Assembly: GCA_043228905.1 (NCBI GenBank)
Contig: JBHGNT010000004.1
Span: 18,600,001-18,664,000 of the forward strand
DNA: 64,000 nucleotides
From: Azolla caroliniana
Lineage: Eukaryota > Plantae > Polypodiophyta
Direction of reading: 5' to 3'
Below, one piece after another: positions 25,094-36,800 of this stretch (position 1 is its first letter; every line of letters begins with the position of its first letter). Position numbers and translations under genes: made by a program. The notes under the pieces are model-generated. The model had not been told where the DNA came from. It did not search any database and was given only the letters and a program-made list of their open reading frames with translations.

Positions 25094-26869
25094 GGGGGAG
25101 ATAGTGTCATGATATGGCAAGACTCGAACCCATGACCTTATGCTACATGGGTCGAGCTCTTACCATTAGACTATGAATTGTATTTTGTAGGATATTATTT
25201 TCATTTATGCTTTATCATAGAAAATTGATGTATATTCCAGATCTCTCTGGAACATTCTAGAAGCTTCAGGATTATTCCTAAAAACACTATAAAAGAAGGC
25301 ACAAGGCATTGTTTTGAACCAAATTGGTTCAACACCAGTCTTAAGCCTCTTAGTCGATTTGTACTTATCTTTCATATAATATAAGAGCTGCTGTCATCAT
25401 CCTATTTCCCTCTCTCTCCTCTTCTCACTTCCTCTCTCTCGGGAATCTTACGCAGTCTCGTCCTCTTAGTACTAATAGTACTACTCTTCTTAGTACTAAT
25501 TCCATCTCTGTTTTAGTACTATTCCTGACACCTTCCTTTCGGAGATACATTGTAAACTCATCCGAGAAATATTCTTTGTCTCCATTTGATCTAAGATGGC
25601 GTACGTTCCGACCCGTAGTTTTTTCAACTTCGGCCTTGAACCTCTGGAAGTGTCCGAACACTTCGCTCTTCTACCCAGGTGTGCCTGGAGAAATCGTCGA
25701 TGAACGTGACGTAATATCGACATGCGCCGAGTGTGGTTGTTTGGGCCGGTTCCCATACATATGAATGTATGACATCCAAGATCCCTTTGCTCACATTCCA
25801 CTCTTTCGTGAATGGATGTCTGCGTTGCTTTCCGAACTGGCACGCTTCACATATGCTCGTAATCTCCTTTGCAGTAAAGTTCGGTAGTCCGATTACGACT
25901 CCTTTCGATTGCATGTTCTGAATCTTCTGGAGATTGATGTGACCAATTCTCTTGTGCCACAAGTTTAGGTCGGTTTCGACTTTGAGGCCCTTTGCAAATA
26001 TGGCCGATTTTACCTTGTTCGATTCGAGGAAAAACATACGACCTTCACGACAACCGTGAGCTACGACTCGATCACCTCTTTCGATAAAGCACCCATCATT
26101 GTTGAAGCGTACTTGCATTCCTTGTTCGACAATTTGGCCGACCAAGACCAGGTTTTTCATGATAGTAGGAACATGCAGTACGTTGTCGCATCGACCTCGG
26201 CGTACGAGAGCAAACGAAAAGAAAATCGTGAATCCGGGAAGTGAGCACCAAGTTTCTTGTCAAAGAAAGAGGAGAAAAGGAAATAACTTGTATTGATATT
26301 TGAAGATGATTACAAAATATTTCTTGTACAATAATATAGCTTGTCCCTCCTATTACAATAATATTCCTCGTCTCATGTTCCCCCTCATTCTTTTCCCGTT
26401 CCCTCTTTAAATAGGTGCCCCCATGCATATGATGCATGTGAGGGTACAAGACAGGCATGTAGTGCATGAAATGCATGTGATGCATGATCGCTATTTGGCC
26501 GTCATGCATTACATGTGATGCATGATAGACATCCCACACATTTGAGCTTTCATGTATGAAAATATACATGGCATAAGTACAAACATTGAAATATAACTTT
26601 AAAAGAACAAATAACCTAGCCTAATTGTGTGTGCCTTGTGTTTGGTATGTGAGGTTGTGGGTTCAAGTCTCTCAAATGTTATTCAATACAATAGTTTAGT
26701 TTATTTTTCTATCGTGAAGCAAATCTTTCACGACACCTAAACCCCCACACGCTCCTACTCATCGAGGCCTCGCACTCTATATAACCTTTTACAGAGATTT
26801 GAATAAGCTCATATAAAATTGGTAGAGGTTATTTTCTCATCGTCACATAGAAACGTCACGACATCCTCC

Positions 26870-29800
26870 CCCTCTAGACCTGTGCATCCTCTGGCATGCG
26901 CCAACGAATGTCTCCTTCTTCAGCTTCATGGATGTCATCTTCGTTGAGGAAGTTAGTGCTTTGATCTTCCCTTATCTTGAATAGCTTTATTCACTTTCCT
27001 GCAATTGGTAACTTTAAAGCAACTCCATCCCTTTCAGTTAGGAAATACGTTGCATTTTTATTCACTTGTCTAATGATATATGGCCCGAACCATCTTTTGT
27101 ACTATGTTGGTTATCCAAGCTGTTATCATAAACTATGACCCAATCACCTTCTTGGATCTTTCTTGGTCGAAGGCGATGGGTTTTATCAAATCTTTCTTTG
27201 TTCCGTAGTCGACATTGTTTCATCCTTTCCGTAGCTATTTGAACATCTTCATCCCTTCTTTCTAGCTGTCTTATTCTAAGATCAAGCAAATCTTCTCGAC
27301 TCATTTCGTCTGCCCATGGCAAGGAAACCCAAGAAAATACCGATTGCTCTACTAACATAATTGGCTTTTGACCAAGTATCAATTCTAATGGCATAAAGCC
27401 AGTTACGGAACTGTGAGTAGTGCGGTCAGCCCATAGTGTGTACGGTAACAGATGAGGCCAGTTAGCTATCTTGCCATCACAAGCTTTCACCAAAGCTTTT
27501 ACTATAGGGTTATGTCCACGCTTAGCCTTCCCATTAGCTTCAGGGTTATATGCCGTAGTTAAGGACAGTCGAATTCCCATTCTTGAAAAAAATTGTTCAG
27601 CTGAACGTTAGAATCTAGTTCTCCTCTGTCTACAACAATCTTCCCAATGCACCCGTACCTACATATCACATCTTCAAGAAGGAACTTACAAACAGCTGAA
27701 GTTGTTTTTTGGCGTAGGGCTCGGCCTTCCACTTGATTTGTCAAATCTTCTCTTGCCAATACAAGATATCTCATTTGCCAAACCCCTACAAGCATCATTA
27801 CAATATCCACAACCCATTTATAGTGTAGAGATAAAGAATAAGTAGGTTGCAACCCATCATGATGCCGAATATTCGAATACATTTGGCAGTTCTCACACCA
27901 TTGTACATAATCTGCAACATTGTTGTACATTCCAACCCACCAAAACTTCCCTTTTAATTTCGAATAGGTGGCCCAAACTCCACGATGACCTGCCCATAAA
28001 GTATCATGATATTCAAATATTAGTTTCTGTTGCTCTTGACTTCTTCCAACCACTTTTTGCAGAATCCCTATCACAAATTTTGGATGTCTCCAAAGATATC
28101 CCTCATGAAGAAAAAATTTATAAGCTTTCTTTCTTATTTTATGAAATAGCTCCCTTGACCATGTTCCATCTTCCTCATGAGTACTCAAGTATTTTCCAAT
28201 TTGTAACTTCTCACCCTCGTACTCAGATTCACGAAGAATAACATGAACACCCAAATCACATGACCCCTTCAAGTTACAATTTATGGAAAAGAAATCAAAA
28301 CTCTCATCTTCTTCATCGGTCATTACCATAGTATTTTTACCTTTAAACCTCGCTCTTGAGAGCATATCGCCGACTGGGTTATCCGTTCCTGCAATGTGCT
28401 TGATTTCAGGACATAGTGATTTTATGTAAGCTATACATCTAAGCATAGCTATATCATATGTTTCACAACTTGAAAGCATTCCTAGCAATGGACAACAATC
28501 TGTTTCAACCACAACTTCAGCACCAATTAAGTATTCACGATCTATTTTAATAGTTGTTAACATACCCCATAACTCTCTTTTAATCTGTGGGTAAGCTCTT
28601 TGGCGTTCTATTAAGATTTTTGCGCCAAATCGAACTACATATCTCAACCCATCCTTCTCTTCTTGGCTAACAGCCCAACCGATCCCGATTGGACATGTAT
28701 CCACAGTAACAATGATGGGTATTCACTATCATACCTAGCCTTCCGTAAAACAAGGGCATTCAACAACATTTCCTTTAGTTGGCAAATTGCATCTGTATGT
28801 ACATTAGTCCAAAGGAAACTTGAATTCTTCTTAAGCTACCCATAAAGCAGATTAGTCACATGTGCGAAATGTGGAATCCAAATTCGATAAAACACACAAG
28901 CACCCAAAAACCTACGCACTTCTGTTAGAGATTTACAATCATCCTTTAGATTTTGAATTGCATTTACCTTAATTGGGGATGGCTTTCTTTTGTAGGGTCC
29001 ACACATGTGCCCTACAATCAAAACTTCGGGAACCCCAAACAGAGATTTTTGACCTAAAAATGTAAGATGAACCTCTTCTAACCTTGAAATGATTCTTTCA
29101 CAAGCATCAATGTGGTCTGCAACAAACTTTCTACATCCGTTCGGCATGAGTTTTTCATCCTTCTTATTCATCGAGCATCCTTTAATTGGAACATCATCTA
29201 GAAAAGGCATAGTTATTTTTGGCACAAAATCTCTTAAAATTTTATTCATAGCATTCACCATATGTGCCACTAAATTTGTAGCACCTTGAGGCAATGTACA
29301 CATTCACATCAATCCAATTGGTGTTCTTATAGTAGTTATATCACGACTATCAATAGCAAACTAAAATTGATCATACCTTGAATACAAATCACACATAGAA
29401 TATATAGCTCTTCCTGCGAAAGCTTCTGCAAAGGCATCTACAATCGGTCCAACACCAACATTTCGATAGTAACTCTATTGATAGGCTGTAAATCCTGAAT
29501 GAACCTTAATGAACCATTCTTTTTAGGTACAGTAAACTACTTATTCGAGTAGGGGGCATCTAATGGCTCCAAGATACCCATTTCTATTTTTTCCTTAAGC
29601 AAAGCTATTACTTGCGGTATTTGGGCCCGAGGAACAGGGATAGGCCTTAAATTCCAAGGAATATGCAGAACTGTAAATATAATCATTGGTTCCACAATTG
29701 TTGGGTCTACACAACCAATTTCACTTGACTCAAATGCAAATGCTTTCCCATGACTAGCAATCATATTTCGAAAACATTGTATCTCAACAGGCAAAAGAAA

Positions 29801-32800
29801 ATCATTCTCACCAATTTTTAGTTGATCTAGAGTAGCATTTGTAAACTTATGACCAATATCCTTAGAATCCTGTAATGTTAGCTCAAACGCGACATTCTTT
29901 TTCATTTCAGTACTATCCATAGGTAGATGCATGGCCACGGGCTCCTTTTTGTCTATTATTTTATATTTAGTGTCAACTTTTATTGCATAGTTCTTTTTAC
30001 TTGCTTTTTTAGCCATTTCATGATAGCTATTGCCAACTATTTCACTATTACCTAGATACAACCATTTTTTTCAATAAAATCAGCAATATGAAGGTACATA
30101 TCAACAGAATTTACATGAACAAATGTCTTGTCGCATTCTTTCTCATTCAAGCAATTTTCTAATATTTTGACTGTATCTAACATGAATACATAAGCATCAT
30201 GGCTTCACTTGAGCTTGAACCCAAGACCTTGTAATACATAATCAAGAACCTAACCATTAAGATAGCATATGATCATATGAAATAATAAAAGCTACTTCTT
30301 GTAATAGACTGACTATTGTAAATGTTTTGGAACATTCTAGAACATTCTAGAATATCCTAGAACATCTTAGAATATTCTAGGTCTAGAACATTCTAGAATA
30401 TCCTAGAACTTCTTAGAATATTCTAGGTCTAGAACATTATAGAAATCACTAGGCTATAGGAACCTATAAATATAGACATATAATTCTTCTCAACCCAATT
30501 CGAATCAACACCAGTATTAAGCTTTCGTCGCCTATCTTGTATCCATCTTCATTCTATCTTATAAATACCTTCATTCTTGAATCTTATCACTTCATTCTTC
30601 TCTTGTTGTGATCTCTTTACACTCTATCTTTTCTCTTGGTTCTGACAATATCCACATCTGAATATTCAAGAAACATACCAGAAATTATGTCATCCCTTTC
30701 AATCATCCCTAAAGTGCACAATGCATCCAACATCTTCTTGCTCCCTTTATTTTGTGCATGACTTTCCACACCAAAGTAACAGGTAAATCCATCCATTGTA
30801 TTAGACAAAGTATTGATTGTTTTATTAATTGGAAAACATTTTTGCAAGGAAAGAAAAGCTTTGGGACCATTGTGTCCCTGGCACCTGCCCATTAGTGATC
30901 CTATTTAAAAATCCGACTCATAAGATGACATATCATGCTCACATGAGTTAATTCGTAATTCTTCTTTATTTCTGTCATGCTCCTGCCTAACAGTAAGAAA
31001 TTGAACACTTCTTTTACCATCGGTACTTCGAATCCTAGCATAATATCCTGAACCATCTTCAAGCACCTTCGTCTCCATCCTAGAAGATGTGATGTATGGT
31101 TGACCAAGAATCACTAGGTATGACAAGGTCTTTTGGATAAAGAAATGTTGCTCCATTAGCACATCTCCAATGGTGACTTTGATGTTTGGGCAAGCTCCAT
31201 GAAGTTGCTCGGTCGTTGAATTAGCTGATTTTACCCTCCACCCATGATTCGTTTCCATTGGCCATCCGCCTTTCCTATAAATATCATAAGAAATTAGATT
31301 AATTTTTGAGTCGTGGTCAATTAAGGCCACTGCCGGATCTTCAAGGTTTTCAATCTTCACGGGTGTCTCAGTTGTTGCTCTTGCCCAATGTTTCTTAACA
31401 TAGTAGCTTTTTAGCTCTTTCGGCTTCTCTTCAAAAGTTATCGTCGCAATATCTTGTGTACCAACAATGGAAGAGCTTGGTTCACCTTTGAGGACTTCCA
31501 CCGTTGCTTTCTTTACTTCACTTCTTGGGTTTTCGGCGGCTTCAGTATTTTCTCGTTTTCTTTTAATTCCATCTTTTTCAATGTCAGGGCTTACCATATT
31601 TCAAATTGACTTTCTGTCTCCCTCTTTTTAGCGCTTCTTAGCTCCCTCTTCTTGTTATCTTCATTTTCCGCCCATTTCCGTTTCTTTTCAATGATCACTT
31701 CATGGGCTTGCGTTGTTACAACCTTCGCGAAAGTTGAGAGACCATCCACTGGGTCTTCCCAACCAGTTTTGCTTCAGACAGCATCACCTCCAGACTTCAA
31801 CTTTTCAAACTCGATTTTACCCTTTCTTGCAGCTTTCAAAATACATAGCCAAATTTCAAATTCAGATCCTCCTTCACCAACATGGATGATTGTAGTTGTT
31901 GGTTGATAGGCAATTTGTGTCCTAGTTATTTCCGCGTCTTCAATTATCCTTCTCATACCACCTCTTCTAAAGTTAGTTCGTAGGGTTAATCGAGTTTCAG
32001 AAGAATGAATCTTACCATCTTTGAAGAATATCACCCCTCTTTCTATCGCTTCTTGATAGTTATCACACCCTCCTCTTGAATGGTCGATGCTATCACACCA
32101 TATGCGTCTTCTTTCATAATCTTTTTGGGGTTGTGAGGATTTTTCTTCTTGTAGCTTTGCAACATGTAGTGAAAGATCTTTTATACCTTTGATAAGATCA
32201 TCCATCACTGTTTCGGGTACCTTGGAAATAGTTGACGGACCCCCAGTATCCTCCCTGATGGTTGTCTTCACTTCATCTTTCATACCTCCGGCAATCAAAA
32301 GATCCTCACACTATTGGGCTCTTTTGTTTATTCTGTTGCAAGCTTCATGTACTCAATTCCAATCAGACACTACTCCAGTGGGTGTAGTCCAATCTTCAAG
32401 GAATGCAACTAATTTTTCTCGATAGGATCAATCTGATGCCTTCAAGAATAATATGACCTTCTCTTGTTCCAAAAGAGTCATTTCGGTCGTTGTTAATTGA
32501 TTATAACGAGCTTCAAACTCTTTCAACAACTCCATCACCGAAATCTTCTTGTCCTCTTTGTCCACCCAATCCAAGAAACTCCTCCTTGATGCTAGGATTG
32601 TATCACCAAGCATGTCTTCATTTAATAAAGCTTGCTCAAATGCAACCCAATCATTAGAACTTGTTGCGAGTTCAGAGACTCTATTTCTCAAAGGGAGTTC
32701 AACCATCCTCACAAAATTCATTTGAACATCATGTTGATTTAATCCATTACTACCCATCTCAATAACATATACTTGTAAGAATTTAGTTATATTTTTACCT

Positions 32801-32979
32801 TAAAAGAGACCTATTTTCTCTACAAGCTTGTCAATAGCATGATTGATTCGTTAAAGAGTAGTTGCACGTTCTTGGCGTTGCATCATTCTTTCAATCATTT
32901 GAAGCACCACGTTGATTTGTGGCTCCACAACGACTTCTTGGTTGATTCGTGACTCCGAGACTGCTTGTTTGTTCTCCAT
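26870..32979 (-). pseudogene. gag-pol of C, fragmented
   Basis: LPQGATN, FLDDV (RT), YPQIKRELWG (RH), WAGHRG...CENC and YNPEANG (IN); split by stops, frameshifts and a solo LTR. Confidence 0.88.
30195..30647 (+). mobile_element. Solo LTR of a diverged Tcn1-like family inserted in C
   Basis: Same layout as the B LTR (TCATG..GAACCC..GACC start, TTCTAGAA repeats, TATAAA, CAACACCAGT..TTAAGC, CTGACA end); the C reading frame resumes on both sides; 5' TG and TSD not clean. Confidence 0.75.
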
Positions 32980-33851
32980 CTCTCTTAACTTCCCGTTTCA
33001 CGTCGGGTTCACCACTATCGCATTGATCTCGGCGTACGAGAGCAAACAAAAAGAAAATAGTGAATCCGGGAAGTGAGCACCAAGTTTCTTGTCAAAGAAA
33101 GAGGAGAAAAGGAAATAACTTGTATTGATATTTGAAGATGATTACAAAATATTTCTTGTACAATAATATAGCTTGTCTCTCCTATTACAATAATATTCCT
33201 CCTCTCATGTTCCCCCTCACTCTTTTCCCATTCCCTCTTTAAATAGGTGCCCCCATGCATATGATGCATGTGAGGGTACAAGACAGGCATGTAGTGCATG
33301 AAATGCATGTGATGCATGATCGCCATTTGGCCTTCATGCATTACATGTGATGCATGATAGACATTTGAGCTTTCATGTATGAAAATATACATGGCATAAG
33401 TACAAACATTAAAATGTAACTCTAAAAGAACAAATGACCTAGCCTGATTGTGTATGCGAGGTTGTGGGTTCAAGTCTCTCAAATGTTATTCAATACAATA
33501 TTTTAGTTTATTTTTCTATCATGAAGCAAATCCTTCACAACACCTAAACCCCCACACACTCCTACTCATCGAGGCCTCGTACTCTATATAACCTTTTACA
33601 AAGATTTGAATAAGCTCATATAAATTGGTAGAGGTTATTTTCTCATCGTCGCATGGAAAAATCACAATAACGTTCTTGAGGTAGGTTTGTTTGCCGTCAT
33701 TTCCGAATGGAACGTTCCTGATATGTTGTATTGGATGAGTCATGTCATCGCCTGTCTCGACATATGCGGGACATTCGGGTTTTCGTCATTCCCGAAACCA
33801 ACCTTCATGAGACGTCATGTGGTTGGATGCTCTAGAGTCAACAAACCATAC

Positions 33852-36800
33852 TGTAAACGTAAGTGTTTGCGGAAGCGTAAAACAAAGAACAACACAGAGA
33901 GAGAGAGACAGAGAGACAGACAGAGACAGAGAGAGCAGAACACAATTTCAAAATTATATCGAGACTTTGTGTGTACACACTGCTAAGTAGCACTATTTAT
34001 ACAAGTCCTCTTGGGACTGACAGAAGTACCATGTACTTCAATGCTCACACGAGCATCTGACACTTACTACGAGACTATAGCTACCTAGTAATCTATCCTA
34101 TACTAGGCTTCTGATTGGACTGCCGGTTACGGATTGCACCCGGCTTCTACTGCTTGCCGGTTCGGTTGCTCACCGTCATACCGATCCGTTTCGCCCGATC
34201 CGTCTCGCTTACCGGCTCCGGCTTATTCAGCCGATCCGGCTCCAGTTGAGCTTGCCGCTCAACACTCCCCCTCAAGCTCAACCTGAGGTGGGGTCGTAGT
34301 GTCGACCTCTGTGGCAGTCGATTCTTTCAACCGACTTCTCCTGGCGTCACTCCGCCTTGCTCGCGCTCCTCGTCCGGTCCGGTCCCGTTTGCCGCGACCC
34401 TTTTGGTTCTGCGCGCCTCGACCCTCTCGGTCGGCATGTCTACTCAATAGGCCCATCTTAGCAGTCACGTTGTTGTGACTCCGGCGCTTGCCGATCCGTT
34501 GGTTTTCCGACGATGGCATCGACTTCCGCTGTGTCCGTGTCCCCTTGGCCTTCAGTCGATCCGACTCATCCGGATCCATCTGTTGATCCGAGTCAGCTGT
34601 CTCCGACTCGTTCTAGCTCTTGTCCGAATCGGAGCACTCCGATTCGACTTCCGGCTTCAGGCCTCTCACCACATCGGACCACTTCCAAGTCTTGGCCTTC
34701 TCCATGCTTCCCTCAGCTTCTTCAGCCGGTGAACCGAAATCGAATTCTTCATTCGACTCCGCATCATGGTCAGTACCGTCGTGATGACCTCCGCACATCA
34801 TGCACTTCTCTTCCTGAGTGCACAACTCTTCTTCACAGCCGCTTGCTCCGACCTGTTCGGATGTGTCGACTTTCTTCGTCGACTCGGCTTCCTTCATCTT
34901 CTTGTCTCCTCTTCTTCCGGCTCTCCTCTTACCGACGGGTTCAACAGTTTTTTTGCCTTTGCCAGTTTCGGTAGAGACTTTGCCCTGGCTTCTCCCCCTC
35001 AAGTGCGGCACGTCGAGATGCTGAATACCAAGCATGTCGGTAAAGTGCTGCAACTTGTCCGATCCGAGCGGCTTGGTGAAGATGTCGGCAACTTGCCGAT
35101 ACGTATGAACATACCGTAGGTCAACTTCACCGCTCAGGACCCGCTCACGCACGAAGTGGTAGTGCACCTTGATGTGCTTTGTGCGAGCATGGAACACAGG
35201 GTTCCTGGCGAGCTGCAGGCTGCTCATGTTATCGCAGTAAATCGGGATCGGGGTCCGCACCTCGATCCGCAAGTCTCGCAGCAGTCGCCGAAGCTAGATG
35301 GCTTCACAAGTGGCAACGGTAGCGGCTCGGTACTCAGCCTCAGTGCTTGACAAAGCCACTGTGGGCTGCTTCTTGCTGCTCCACGCAAAGGCCGCGCTAC
35401 CTATGGAGAACATGTATCCGGAAGTGGAGCGGCGATCAGACGCATCGCCGGCCCAATCAGCATCGGTGTAACCGACAAGCTCTCCGGATATACCTTGCCG
35501 GTATAGCAGTCCCCGGTCCTTAGTGCCACTGACATACCGTAATATTCGTTGCGCGCACTGAAGGTGCTCCACGGTCAGCTTCTGCATGAACTGACTTACC
35601 ATGCCGACCGGATAGCTGATGTCGGGGCGGGAGATGGTTAAGTAGATCAGGCTTCCGACAACATGTCGGAAACGTTTCTCATTGCAGGTTGGTCCGGAGT
35701 TGGGACAGAGCTTCTGGTTCCGGTCCAGGGGTGTGGAGATAGGTCGGCGATCCGTCATGCCGAACTTATACAACATATTCAACACGTAATGTCGTTGTGA
35801 GAGCAATATGCCGTCGGGGGTCCGGATCACTTCGATCCCAAGAAAATAATGAAGGTCCCCCAGGTCCTTCATTTCGAATGCGTCCGACAACTAGGACTTG
35901 ACGCGGTTGATTTCGAGAAGACCTGGTCCGGTGATGACTAAATCATCCACATACAAGAGTATACATACCGGACCGTCAAAGCCTTGCCGGATGAACAACG
36001 AAGAGTCCGACTTAGAGACAGCAAACCCCAGCTTACGCAACTGGTGCATGATCTTCGCATTCCAAGCTCGGGGGGCTTGCTTCAAGCCGTAAAGCGACTT
36101 CTTCAGTCGGCATACCGCCGATTTGTTCATCTCCGATTGAAATCCGGGGGGCTGAGTCATAAAGACTTCTTCTTCAACCTCTCCTTGAAGGAAGGCGTTC
36201 TTCACATCCATCTGGTGAAGATGCCACCCCCTTGCCGCAGCAACCGCCAGTGCCACACGAACCGTCGTCATCTTCGCCATAGGAGCGAAGGTCTCGTCGT
36301 AGTCGATTCCGTGTGTCTGCGCGTATCCCTTCGCCACTAACCGGGCTTTGTACCGGTTAACAGAACCGTCGGCGTTGTACTTGACCTTGTACACCCACTT
36401 GCATCCGATCGGTTTACAGTGACGGGGAGGATCAACTAGGTCCCAAGTTTCGTTGGCATCGAGTGCCCACATTTCTTCGTCCATAGCGGCACGCCAATTC
36501 GCGTCCTTTGCCGCTTCTCCGTAGCTCTCCGGCTCACGCACTTCTGTCACCTTAGTCATGTACGCATAATGATGCACCATGTATTCATTGTACCCGTACC
36601 GCGTGACGGGATCCTTCTGGCGGGTTGATCGGCGCAACGCAACGTCACCTGATTTGAGGCCCTTCTTGGCCAGTTCGGTCTTCGTTGCCGAAGATCCGCC
36701 TTTCTCCTTTCCGGAGTCAGATACACACCGATCCGACTCATCGTTGCCGGTTTCGAATTCCGGCATCTTCCTCTTCCCCTTCTCTTTGCGCGTGAACCAT

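Larger units (their letters stand above)
19878..25530 (+). mobile_element. Element B: full-length Ty3/gypsy chromovirus (Tcn1/Sushi-like)
   Basis: LTRs 19878..20303 and 25105..25530 (426 bp, about 2 differences seen), TSD CCTTC, PPT AAGGGGGAGATAG. Confidence 0.96.
26184..33669 (-). mobile_element. Element C: Ty3/gypsy with no chromodomain seen, tRNA-Trp PBS; degenerate
   Basis: LTRs 26184..26863 and 33016..33669, apparent 4-bp TSD ACGT, PBS TGGTGAACCCGACGTGAA (33014..32997), PPT AGAGGGGGAGGA; gag-PR-RT-RH-IN order. Confidence 0.9.

Noticed and set aside
26096-26569. His/Met-rich ORF (also 33015..33482) as a metal-binding protein
   Set aside because: Lies within the C LTRs and arises from ATGCAT-rich low-complexity sequence; starts and ends differ between copies.
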